Of a DNA stretch of 64,000 nt, positions 18,974 through 27,696 are shown one piece after another (position 1 is the stretch's first letter; each line of letters begins with the position of its first letter). The translations under genes and the position numbers were made by a program. Source of the stretch: an uncultured Planctomycetales bacterium (GTDB taxonomy: Bacteria; Planctomycetota; Phycisphaerae; UBA1845; PWPN01); contig CAYNYK010000002.1 of the NCBI GenBank assembly GCA_964401335.1, positions 67,630 to 131,629 of the forward strand, read 5' to 3'. Under the pieces are notes generated by a model. It searched no databases. It saw only the letters and a program-made list of their open reading frames with translations, and was not told the origin of the DNA.

Positions 18974-19981
18974 TCAGATATGCTTTTTGAGTTTGGCGAG
19001 AGATTTGTCGGTAACGAATTCGACGCCGATTTCGGTTTCGTTTTCGTCAATCGGTTTCATGCGTCTGACTTGCGCAGGTACCCACAACATGCTGCCCGAT
19101 TGGCCGATTCCAAGTATGATCGTCGTTTCCGGTCGAATCAGTAAGCCGCCGGTCATCTCCCGCTCGATCGGATCTTCCAAGGCATGGTTTTTTATCCGCA
19201 GACAGGCCCCCCCCTCCGACACGTTGGTGAGCCGGGCATTGATCCGTTTGCGCCCGTAATTGGTTTTCACGATTAGTTGCACATGTTGGTGCATACTTTT
19301 CCGCGGATACCGTCGCCGGGATTTTTCCTTTATCTCCGGCTCGACCTCCGGCACTTCGCCGACCAGGTTTTTTATTCTTTTCCGTAACGAGGTTCCCAGT
19401 ATCCCCCAAGAGAGGCGGGCAATATCGTAGGCCCGGACAACCTTATAGATTTCCTCGGCGATCGCCCTGAGTGATTGCATCTCCCGCAAGGAAGACTGAA
19501 TCGCGGTGGTGATTTCCTGCGAAGGGTCTTTGGTCCTTTCAACGTCAAACGTCCCCTTTTGAAATGCGCCGATCTTGATGCCCCCTACCGTTTCGGTGCA
19601 ATGAGCCACACAAATACAACCTGACCAAGAGACATCGTTGACGCTGATACTGGCCCGTAACCAGGTTCCCGGACTGATATAGATTTGGGAAATGAAACAT
19701 AGACCGTCCTTGGAAATGTTGTAAAGCGGATATTCGACAGGCGGGCCTACGCCTTTGTCGGTCAATACTTGAATTGTCACGGACATACTGAAAGAATAGC
19801 GTGGCGCATATCGCTTCCCCAGCCAGCGATCCTTCGGCAGGTCATCGCGGTTGTCAAGTGTCAAAAGCAAACCATCCAATGATTCCACTTGCTGTTTTAA
19901 CGATTCCGATGACATGCATGCCTCTTCGTTCGGTAGTTCCATGGCGACGGTTTCACGTTTCCCTTGGCACGTACGATGCAC
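18974..19981 (-). CDS. Tandem PilZ-domain protein (two c-di-GMP-binding PilZ domains)
   Basis: Domain 1 has RYAPR...NISKDG. Domain 2 has RRYPR...NVSEGG. Both fit RxxxR plus (D/N)xSxxG. Confidence 0.8.
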   Translation of the reverse strand: MHRTCQGKRETVAMELPNEEACMSSESLKQQVESLDGLLLTLDNRDDLPKDRWLGKRYAPRYSFSMSVTIQVLTDKGVGPPVEYPLYNISKDGLCFISQIYISPGTWLRASISVNDVSWSGCICVAHCTETVGGIKIGAFQKGTFDVERTKDPSQEITTAIQSSLREMQSLRAIAEEIYKVVRAYDIARLSWGILGTSLRKRIKNLVGEVPEVEPEIKEKSRRRYPRKSMHQHVQLIVKTNYGRKRINARLTNVSEGGACLRIKNHALEDPIEREMTGGLLIRPETTIILGIGQSGSMLWVPAQVRRMKPIDENETEIGVEFVTDKSLAKLKKHI

Positions 19982-20212
19982 GGTTCGACGGTCGTCATCC
20001 CGATATTCGTATCAACGCGGTCCTTTGCGTAACGATCATAAGCGTACTCCCCTCACACTACGGTATCGGCTATTTCCCACCCGCGCTCAGGTATGGCCGG
20101 GAGATGATCTTCCATGATGCCCGCAGCTTCCGCGGCCGCCGCGAGCTTAGTAACGGTTACCCCGAATCGGCCGATAAATAAGAGGCGGATAATTACTCCA
20201 CTTCCCCCAAGG

Positions 20213-20698
20213 TCATTTTTGAGCAGATCCCATTTTTTCGGCGAAGGCTAGATCATGGGAAAGAATAGGGGTGGATCCCGCCGACTTCAGCAGGATTCCG
20301 ACCTCGTGGTAACCCCGGCCGACATATCGGCAAAAACGCACCTGACCATATAAAAAAAGTGCGGGGTGGGTCGGGACATTAATCTCCACCTCCAACGGTT
20401 CATCAATCAAGAAACAACGACGCACCACAAGCCCCAGACCTCTTTGAGAAATATTTCTGGTCCGCCCGGGAAAAACAGTGATCGTGCCTTCGCCCGCCAA
20501 GAAAAAACGGACTTTACAGTCCACCCGAAACCGCTTACGTTTTTGATTCCGCTGAGCGGACGAATCCCGGTTCGCTTTCGCAAGATCATGCTGTTGGGAG
20601 CAAATATCCATATCATGAATAAGCTTGGCCAGGGTCGCTTCGTCACGAATAAACCGAGTTAGAATCGTATGATCGATCTGTGGTACTTGAACAGCCAT
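20213..20698 (-). CDS. PilZ-domain protein
   Basis: RKRFR...NISQRG. I prefer the ATG at 20698 (GGAGAAAGGGA RBS, MAVQVPQIDH...) to the track start at 20899. Paralogous to the next gene. Confidence 0.75.
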   Translation of the reverse strand: MAVQVPQIDHTILTRFIRDEATLAKLIHDMDICSQQHDLAKANRDSSAQRNQKRKRFRVDCKVRFFLAGEGTITVFPGRTRNISQRGLGLVVRRCFLIDEPLEVEINVPTHPALFLYGQVRFCRYVGRGYHEVGILLKSAGSTPILSHDLAFAEKMGSAQK

Positions 20699-20971
20699 TC
20701 CCTTTCTCCGTTTGATTAAACTGGCCCTTCTTCCATTTCGGCTTGCAAGTAAGCCCACATTACCTATGAAATCACGACTCATCCGGATACTCGACTCGCC
20801 GCCTCCAATCGGGCTTGCCAGGGGCGATAACTTTCGCGCACGAACATCAAGATCGGATTCACTCACGATATGGGCAGGCCGGCTCGAGATGCCGGACAAA
20901 TCAGTAGCGGCGAAAAGAATCGAGCATCGCGAAATGGACCCATAACCGAATGGCGAGGATTCGCGCCCGAA

Positions 20972-21421
20972 TCAGGATCGAATCGTCGAAAACTCGTGCA
21001 ATTGCTCGGAAAGGTGGGATTTTTGGGCCATCACCTTCATTTCCGCGCCGGTCTCGTAAAATCCTTTCGCTATGTAACGGCAAAAACAGACCGTTCCGGT
21101 AATATAGGTGATCGGCCGACCCGGCAGCTCGACCTCCAACTCGACCGGCTCATGAATTGAAAACATTCTTTTGGACATGAAGGAGAAGCCGCCCCGTGAG
21201 AGATTCCGTGTACGGCCGGTAATATCCAGAACCTGATGCTGTCCGGGAGAAAAGAATCGAATCGTGCAAATCACGCGGAAAGGCTGCCGTCGGCAGTGTC
21301 TTTCCTCAGCCTTGGTTGCCGAGAGCCCGGAGGTTTGCCGTTCGGCCCAATCATCCAATTCGTTCAGAATGGCGTCTAATAACTGTTTGCTATGCTCAAT
21401 GTTCAAAGCGGGCTTCCTCAA
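20972..21421 (-). CDS. PilZ-domain protein
   Basis: RQPFR...NLSRGG. TTG start. The C-terminal FCRY(I/V)xxGxxExG block is shared with 20213-20698. Confidence 0.75.
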   Translation of the reverse strand: MRKPALNIEHSKQLLDAILNELDDWAERQTSGLSATKAEERHCRRQPFRVICTIRFFSPGQHQVLDITGRTRNLSRGGFSFMSKRMFSIHEPVELEVELPGRPITYITGTVCFCRYIAKGFYETGAEMKVMAQKSHLSEQLHEFSTIRS

Positions 21422-21727
21422 GAGGATACAACTTTCCGCGGAACACTACTTGTTCAAAATCGGCCATCAAGAAGGGTCTGTTTACTAAATTTATGTTGAT
21501 TGACCCTCGAAAAACCTTTGGCCATCAGGTGTTGTGGAAAATGGGTTAAATTCCCTGGAAGGGTATGGCCAATGAACATTCCTGATCGTCCGCGCCCCCG
21601 GAAAAGATCAACCTTACGATTCACTTTGCCTGGAGAATATCCGCGGGGGGCCTGGGGGCCGATTTGCATTCCGCCGCGATGATGTTAACTTGTTGTCCAT
21701 GGCAGAGGGCATTTCCGGTCACGCTTT

Positions 21728-22474
21728 ATGACCATGGTAAGGAGTACTATTATGGTTTCCGTTTATCAGAAGTTCGTCGTCAACGCCCTGCTTGCGGGAC
21801 TGATGCTTTGCGGCTGTCAAAGCAGCCAATCATCCATCCAGATTCGTGTCCCTCTCGACCGGCAGTATGTTGTTAACGAGCAAGCGGATCGTCCCATAAA
21901 GGTAAGTCTACCGGGCGACCAGCCTTTTAACATCCATATCAAGCAAAGCAGCCAAAATCGTGGGGCTGACGGTCGAGCAGAGAGCAAATCGGATGCCGAC
22001 GCCGCCGGTCAAGCCTTCGGTTTCGCGGAAGTTAACAAAGGAGGAAGCGCCGCGGCGGAGTTCACCATCGGACATCGCATCGCCAACCAGACCGAAAATC
22101 CCCAAGATCTGGCCATCGAACTCGATTTCCAATGGGTGCAATCTCTGCATACATCAGCCGAACCCGAAGCCAAAACGCTGGCCCGTGCCGAGCTGGCCAT
22201 ATCGGTTATCAGCGCCAAGGGAAAGACCCTGGCCACCATCCAAGTGCTGAAAACCGACAGCAATCAGGCCCGAGCGTCGGCTGAACTGCAAGACCACCGT
22301 GGGTTCTCCGTTTCTCTTGAGCCCAAAATGCATTACGATATCGTTCTGACCGGAAAAGTTGAGGCCAGGAGCGCGGCTGGACAGGAAGCCGAGGCCCGGT
22401 TGGAGGTGAAAAATCTCGGCATCAACCTGAGTTTTACCTCCGCGTCCCAGGAGACCACCCGGGCCGGACCATGA
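21728..22474 (+). CDS. Hypothetical lipoprotein
   Basis: Signal peptide with the lipobox-like sequence LMLCGCQSS. No recognisable domain. Lies 40 nt upstream of the FHA-ATPase gene on the same strand. Confidence 0.6.
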   Translation: MTMVRSTIMVSVYQKFVVNALLAGLMLCGCQSSQSSIQIRVPLDRQYVVNEQADRPIKVSLPGDQPFNIHIKQSSQNRGADGRAESKSDADAAGQAFGFAEVNKGGSAAAEFTIGHRIANQTENPQDLAIELDFQWVQSLHTSAEPEAKTLARAELAISVISAKGKTLATIQVLKTDSNQARASAELQDHRGFSVSLEPKMHYDIVLTGKVEARSAAGQEAEARLEVKNLGINLSFTSASQETTRAGP

Positions 22475-22513
22475 CCGGCTTTTTTCAGGGAGGCAACAGC
22501 CGAGGTTGTCATC

Positions 22514-24235
22514 ATGGCGGTAATTCAGATTCTTAACGAACAGGGGGCAAAGGTCGTTACCCTGCCGAACGGTCCGGCGATCATCGGCCGTTCCAGCGAC
22601 AATGATGTGGTCTTGGACGACAAGCTTGCCAGCCGAAAACATTGTTCGCTCGAGCCGGTCAACGGCGGGTTCATCCTTCGCGACCTCGGTTCGCGAAACG
22701 GCACGGGTATCCAGGGCAAACCCGTCAAGGAAGCCCGGCTCAAATACGGCGAGACGTTCACCATCGGTAAAACCGTCCTCCGCGTTTTTGAACACTCCGC
22801 CCCGAATATCGAGATTCTCGACTCCGCCGAAACGATCGTCGAGGAAATGGGCGACGACGAAGAGGCCGAGGCCCTCGAAGCCCTGGTGGCCGAGGCCGAG
22901 GAGGAAGAGGAACCCCTCGTTGAACAGGTCAATGTTTCCCAGGATGAAATCCTGGCCAAGGCCCGGCGCGATTTGAACAGCCTGCGTTCGGCCGGCGAAG
23001 ATCCCGGTTTCGGCCTGGAGCAGGTCGCGCTTTTCGATCACCAGGGTAAACCGGTACATACCAGCGACAAGGACGACAGTTCCTCCGAGGCCGTCCGCAC
23101 GCTGCGCCTGCTCTACTACGGAGCCTTCCGCACCCGGGCCACCGACCTGCATTTCGACCCAGTCGAGGAAGGCTGCCAGGTCCGGTTTCGGGTGGACGGT
23201 AAAATGATCTCCGTCGTCCTGCTGCCCGAACAGCTCGGCCGGGCCCTGCTCGGCGTGGTCAAGATTCTGTCGGAATTGGACATCGCCGGACGGCAGGGTA
23301 TCCAGGACGGCAGCTTCGTGGTCAGTTGCAACCGCCGCGTCGACAACCGCGTGTCCCTCACGCCTTCCATGCACGGGGAGAAACTGGTCATCCGCGTTCT
23401 GGACTCGGCCACCCTCCCCACCCGGCTGGACAAACTCGGCATGCCCCGCAACATGCTCAAATCCATCACCTCCCTATGCAAAATGGACGCGGGGATGATC
23501 ATCGTCAGCGGGCCGACCGGCAGCGGAAAAACCACTACGCTCTATACCGCCCTGCGAACCATCGACTCGCGTTCGCGTAATGTGGTCACCATCGAGGATC
23601 CCATCGAGTACCATCTGGCCGGCATTACGCAAATCCAGGTCAACGCCAAAAAAGGCCTCGATTTCGCCCCTATCCTAAAATCTGTTTTGCGACAAGACCC
23701 CGATGTGATTCTAGTCGGCGAGATGCGCGACCGCGAAACCGCCCAGACCGCCCTGCAGGCGGCCATGACCGGCCACCTGGTCTTTTCCACCCTCCACGCC
23801 CGCGACACCATCGGCTCAATCTATCGTCTCCTGGACCTCGGCGTTGAAAACTACATGATCGCCAACGCCGTCTCCATGTGCCTTGCCCAGCGGCTGATCC
23901 GCCTGCTCTGCGGTGAATGTAAAAAGGCCTACAAGCCCAAGCCCAGCCAGATCGCCCGCATGCGCGTCGACGCCCGCACCCTGCCGACGCTCTACGCCCC
24001 CACCGGTTGCCAGCGCTGCATGGGCGTCGGCTTCTGGGGTCGGGCGGCCATTTTCGAACTGTTGAGTTTCAACGACAAACTTCGCGACGCCCTCATCACC
24101 ACCACCACGATCAAGGACATCCGCGACGCCGCCGGCGAGTGGTCGTTTCAGACCCTGCTCGAGAGCGGCTATCAGAAAGTCCTCGAAGGCCTCACCAGTC
24201 TCGAGGAAGTCGAACGCGTCGCCACCCGTGAATAA
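22514..24235 (+). CDS. FHA-domain-fused GspE/PilB-family secretion ATPase
   Basis: N-terminal FHA (IIGRSSDNDVVLDDKLASRKHCSLE...LRDLGSRNGT) and an acidic linker. Walker A GPTGSGKTTT and Walker B ILVGEMRD. Tetracysteine CGEC...CQRC. Confidence 0.9.
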   Translation: MAVIQILNEQGAKVVTLPNGPAIIGRSSDNDVVLDDKLASRKHCSLEPVNGGFILRDLGSRNGTGIQGKPVKEARLKYGETFTIGKTVLRVFEHSAPNIEILDSAETIVEEMGDDEEAEALEALVAEAEEEEEPLVEQVNVSQDEILAKARRDLNSLRSAGEDPGFGLEQVALFDHQGKPVHTSDKDDSSSEAVRTLRLLYYGAFRTRATDLHFDPVEEGCQVRFRVDGKMISVVLLPEQLGRALLGVVKILSELDIAGRQGIQDGSFVVSCNRRVDNRVSLTPSMHGEKLVIRVLDSATLPTRLDKLGMPRNMLKSITSLCKMDAGMIIVSGPTGSGKTTTLYTALRTIDSRSRNVVTIEDPIEYHLAGITQIQVNAKKGLDFAPILKSVLRQDPDVILVGEMRDRETAQTALQAAMTGHLVFSTLHARDTIGSIYRLLDLGVENYMIANAVSMCLAQRLIRLLCGECKKAYKPKPSQIARMRVDARTLPTLYAPTGCQRCMGVGFWGRAAIFELLSFNDKLRDALITTTTIKDIRDAAGEWSFQTLLESGYQKVLEGLTSLEEVERVATRE

Positions 24236-24617
24236 CGCAAACGCGACCCCCGCGACTTTTGCGTCTTACCGTCCGGCTCGTCCAAGGGAGACTTTGGCGT
24301 ATAAAGCACGCATCCTGGCCGGCAAGCTTAAGCGGATGTTAGGGCGGTCTACGGTGGTGGTGGTCAGCGGCGCCCCGCAGGTTGGCAAGAGCACGCTGTT
24401 GAAGTACGAATTGCCGGGTTGGGATACCGTGGTATTTGATCCCGCATTGGATATGGGTAATGCGCGACAGGATCCTGACCTGTTCCTGGACAACCACCCA
24501 GCTTCGTTGATTCTCGATGAAATCCGATACGCTCCGGAATTGGTGACGGCCCTCAAACGACGCGTTTTATCTATTGCGACAGTGAAGATACTGCCAGGTT
24601 CGCAACTATTACGATAG
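24228..24617 (+). pseudogene. Truncated AAA-ATPase (DUF4143-type) remnant
   Basis: 129 aa with P-loop SGAPQVGKSTLL and LILDEIRYAPEL, ending abruptly at GSQLLR. Family members as I recall them are about 400 aa. GTG start overlaps the upstream stop. Confidence 0.55.
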
Positions 24618-24760
24618 GGATTCTGATAGGGTACGCAGGCGGGATGTGTAGGTCGCTAAAAGCATTCGAATGGGTTCAAGAACCGGCGGAAAATAGCCCG
24701 CCCTACGATTTGCTGATGAACACCCCCCTTGATTGCGGGGTTCAGGGATGATAAACCCCC

Positions 24761-26404
24761 TTGGCCGGTTTTGACAGTCTCGGCCGGTTCGGTTCCCATA
24801 GTCTATGTTTATTGGGAGGAACCGCGATTCACCTGAAAAGCCTTTTGCGTCGGAGTCGGAGTTTTCGCGGCGGGTTGTATCTGCCCGTCCGCCGCGATCT
24901 GGCCGCGCCGCCGGGGATCCGCGATTTCCCGAATCCGCCGATGCTGTGCGTTCCCATGATCCAGCACGACGGGCCGGCCGCCCGGATCGTCGTGCAGGTC
25001 GGCCAGCGGGTCCAGGCGGACCAGCTCATCGGCCGTGGCGAAAAACCCGACAGCCTCGACGTGCATGCCCCGCTGGCCGGCAAAGTCGTCGCCCTCGAAC
25101 GCATCGACACCGCCCGGCACAACGACGTGCCGGCCGTCCGCATCGAAACCGACCCGTCCGCTGCTCCGGCTTGCGATTCTACTCCGGCCTTGGAACGTTC
25201 CACCGGCGAGACGCCGGTGCCACACCTGTTCGGCGAGACACCGGTGCCACACCCATTCGGCGAGACGCCGGCGCCACACCCATTCGGCGAGACGCCGGCG
25301 CCACATTCATTCGGCGAGACGCCGGCGCCACATTCATTCGGCGAGACGCCGGCGCCACACAATAAAATACACACCGGCGGGACGCCGGTGCCACACAATA
25401 AAATACACACCGGCGAGACGCCGGCGCCACACCCGTTTGCGGACCCGCTCACTCCCGAGCAATTGGCCGAGCTGGCTGATCGGGCCGGCCTGATCGACTT
25501 CGGACTATCCGCCGCCCCACTCGGCCGGCAGCTTCGCCAAGCCGCCACCGGACAGCTTAACGATTTGATTATCAACGCGCTCGACGACGAGCCGGAGCCG
25601 GCCGATCGAAGCTGCCTGCTCGATGTCTCGCTGGAGACCGTCATTTCCGCCGCCGTCCGGCTGCGCAAGACGCTCAAGGCCCGGCGACTCTGGCTGGTGG
25701 TTGATCGCTACGACCCGCACCGCGTGCGCCGCTGCCGCGCGGCTGCCGCCGGAAAACCCGTACGCGTGCTCGCCCTGCCCAATAAATATCCGCAGGCTCA
25801 TCCCAACCTGTTGACCTATGCGGTCACCGGCCGGGAGCCCCCTTACGGCTCGCCGCCGATGCGTGTCAGCGTGTTCGTACTTGCGCTTGAAGCCCTGCTC
25901 GCTCTGGAAACCGCCCGCGTCCAGCGCCGCCCGATGACCCGGCGGCTTGTCACCGTCACCGGCGACGCCGTGCGGAAAAAAGGCCGTTACCTTATTCCCT
26001 TCGGCACACCCTTTGCCCACGTTCTGCAACACGTGGACCTGACCCGGCCGGTAACTCGCCTGATTGACGGGTCTTTGCTGACCGGCCGAGCCGTCGCCTC
26101 GGTTGATGCCGTGGTCACCCGGCAAACCACGAACTTGTTGGCCATCAGCCGCGACAATGATTACGTCGCCAATCCGGGCCCTTGCGTGCGCTGCGGACGG
26201 TGTCAGGACGATTGCCCGGTCGGCCTCGATCCGCAGGCCCTGCTGGATGTCTACGAACGCGGGCAGATTCAGGAGGCGTTGGCCCTGTGGCCGCACGCCT
26301 GCCTCGAATGCGGTCTGTGCAGCCACGTCTGTCCGGCGGAGCTCCCCTTGTCGGAAGCGACAGCCAGACTTAAACATCTTATACCTCTACAGGTGCAATG
26401 GTGA
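24761..26404 (+). CDS. RnfC/RsxC-like protein with a repeat insertion and a degenerate nucleotide-binding motif
   Basis: RnfC_N-like VPMIQHDGPAARIVVQVGQRV...HAPLAGKV. Central RnfC-like LIINALDDEPE...PNKYPQAHPNLL...RLVTVTGDAV. Two intact CxxCxxCxxxCP ferredoxin motifs. The start codon (TTG at 24761) is uncertain. Confidence 0.8.
   Translation: MAGFDSLGRFGSHSLCLLGGTAIHLKSLLRRSRSFRGGLYLPVRRDLAAPPGIRDFPNPPMLCVPMIQHDGPAARIVVQVGQRVQADQLIGRGEKPDSLDVHAPLAGKVVALERIDTARHNDVPAVRIETDPSAAPACDSTPALERSTGETPVPHLFGETPVPHPFGETPAPHPFGETPAPHSFGETPAPHSFGETPAPHNKIHTGGTPVPHNKIHTGETPAPHPFADPLTPEQLAELADRAGLIDFGLSAAPLGRQLRQAATGQLNDLIINALDDEPEPADRSCLLDVSLETVISAAVRLRKTLKARRLWLVVDRYDPHRVRRCRAAAAGKPVRVLALPNKYPQAHPNLLTYAVTGREPPYGSPPMRVSVFVLALEALLALETARVQRRPMTRRLVTVTGDAVRKKGRYLIPFGTPFAHVLQHVDLTRPVTRLIDGSLLTGRAVASVDAVVTRQTTNLLAISRDNDYVANPGPCVRCGRCQDDCPVGLDPQALLDVYERGQIQEALALWPHACLECGLCSHVCPAELPLSEATARLKHLIPLQVQW
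25205..25433. repeat. In-frame tandem repeat (five 27-nt units, then two 36-nt units and a partial) inside the rnfC-like gene
   Basis: The unit GGCGAGACGCCGG(C/T)GCCACAC(C/A)(C/T)ATTC encodes GETP(A/V)PH(P/S)F. Later units encode G(E/G)TP(A/V)PHNKIHT. Most units (GGC variant) contain the 8-bp palindrome CGCCGGCG. Confidence 0.9.
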
Positions 26405-27594
26405 GCAGATTTTCGTCAGGGCCGCGCGATCCGCAACCGGTGCTCCTGCCGGAAGCGGGTATGCTGCGCCTCGGCGCACCGCCGTTCAGCCACGGACCGG
26501 CCGGGGTCTCGTTTATCGCCGTGACCTTTCTGTTCGCCGCGTCGGCGGTGCTGCTGGCCGGCCTGATCCTGTTCGGCTGGCCCGTGATCCGAGTGACGGC
26601 CATCGCCGTCGCCGTCGCTTTGCTGACGGAGTCCGTCTTCGCCCTTCTGATCCGCCGCGGCCGTTCCTGGTCGGAAAGCCACGCTTTGCTGATCGGTCTG
26701 CTATTCGCTCTCACCCTTCCGCCGCTGGTCGATTGGCGGGTGGTGGTTTGGGGTTCCATTATCGCGGTCGCCGTCGGCCAGAATCTCGGCGGCGGACTGG
26801 GTAATTACACCTGGCATCCGGTCGCCCTGGCCCGGGTCGTGGTGCAAATGCTGTTTCACGATCAACTCACTGCGACTGAGCATCCGGTCCTGGCCGCCGG
26901 TCATCTGCTGTGGGGCAATCTGAACCACGGGCAACCGCTGCCCGCCTTGCAGACCTGGACCTCGGCCATCCCGCCCGCGGGCAAGGAAGCGTGGATCATC
27001 CCCGATACCTCTTTATTGCTCCATTATCCACTATCGGGCACAAGCGCGTCCTCGCCGGCAGCCGCCTTGGCTGAGTTGATCCGCGACCGGTTGCCACCCT
27101 GGCCCGAGGCCATCGCCGGGCTGGCCGGAGGCGCGATCGGGACGGCCTGCGTGCTGGCCGTGCTGCTCGCCGGATTGTTTCTGCTGTGGCGAGGCTTTGT
27201 CCGCTGGCCAATGGTACTGGCCGCCCTGACAGCCGCCGCTGCCATGATTTTTATCCTGCCGCTGCGCGTGCTGAGTGAAAACGGCGAGATGATCCGCTAT
27301 TGGTTACCTGGAGCGGCGGTCTGGCAAGGCCTGCCCGTTGGGCTGGTCTACCTCGCTTACCAGTTGACCGCTGGCGAATTTCTGCTGGTTCTTCTGTTGC
27401 TGGCCCCCGATCCAACCAGTTCGCCGCTCACCACCCGCGGGCACATCTGGTTCGGTCTGATCATCGGATTAACCACCATGCTGCTGACGATTCTTGCGGG
27501 GATTCCCGCCGCCGGTTACTGGGCCCTGCTGGCGGCCAATACCTTCGTCCCCCTCATCAATCGCCGCACCCGCCGGCGCGTGTTCGGGACATAA
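26398..27594 (+). CDS. RnfD/NqrB-family polytopic membrane protein (divergent)
   Basis: LLIGLLFALTLPP...AVGQNLGGGLGNYTWHPVALARV and LAGGAIGTACVLAVLLAGLFLLWRGFVRWP align by eye with the RnfD blocks (fGGlG.N.fNPA and GSiGEtS...W). Overlaps the rnfC-like stop by 7 nt. Confidence 0.75.
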   Translation: MVSRFSSGPRDPQPVLLPEAGMLRLGAPPFSHGPAGVSFIAVTFLFAASAVLLAGLILFGWPVIRVTAIAVAVALLTESVFALLIRRGRSWSESHALLIGLLFALTLPPLVDWRVVVWGSIIAVAVGQNLGGGLGNYTWHPVALARVVVQMLFHDQLTATEHPVLAAGHLLWGNLNHGQPLPALQTWTSAIPPAGKEAWIIPDTSLLLHYPLSGTSASSPAAALAELIRDRLPPWPEAIAGLAGGAIGTACVLAVLLAGLFLLWRGFVRWPMVLAALTAAAAMIFILPLRVLSENGEMIRYWLPGAAVWQGLPVGLVYLAYQLTAGEFLLVLLLLAPDPTSSPLTTRGHIWFGLIIGLTTMLLTILAGIPAAGYWALLAANTFVPLINRRTRRRVFGT

Positions 27595-27616
27595 GAACAG
27601 AAATGCAGACCATCGC

Positions 27617-27644
27617 TTGTCCCAAGTCAGCAAAATGCTATACT
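27617..27644 (+). promoter_or_regulatory. Sigma-70-like promoter candidate
   Basis: TTGTCC (27617-27622), 16-nt spacer, TATACT (27639-27644), in an AT-richer spacer upstream of the small ORF. Confidence 0.35.
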
Positions 27645-27696
27645 GAGTTGGTTGGGTGTTAGATCAAAAGGAAATTACGGACAACAGAAACAGAAT

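Noticed and set aside
22154-23374. 406-aa minus-strand ORF
   Set aside because: It is antisense to the lipoprotein and FHA-GspE ATPase genes, which have clear motifs. It has no motifs and a shadow-ORF composition.
24655-24695. tRNA-fragment-like sequence (gcattcgaatgggttcaagaacc) as a possible integration scar
   Set aside because: It only loosely resembles a T-arm. There is no cloverleaf, no flanking direct repeat and no integrase.
24805-25365. 186-aa alternative-frame ORF (RRDAGATPIRRDAGAT...) and the minus-strand ORFs across the rnfC repeat
   Set aside because: They stay open only because the repeat unit lacks stops in several frames. The frame with RnfC_N, central and ferredoxin motifs is the coding one.
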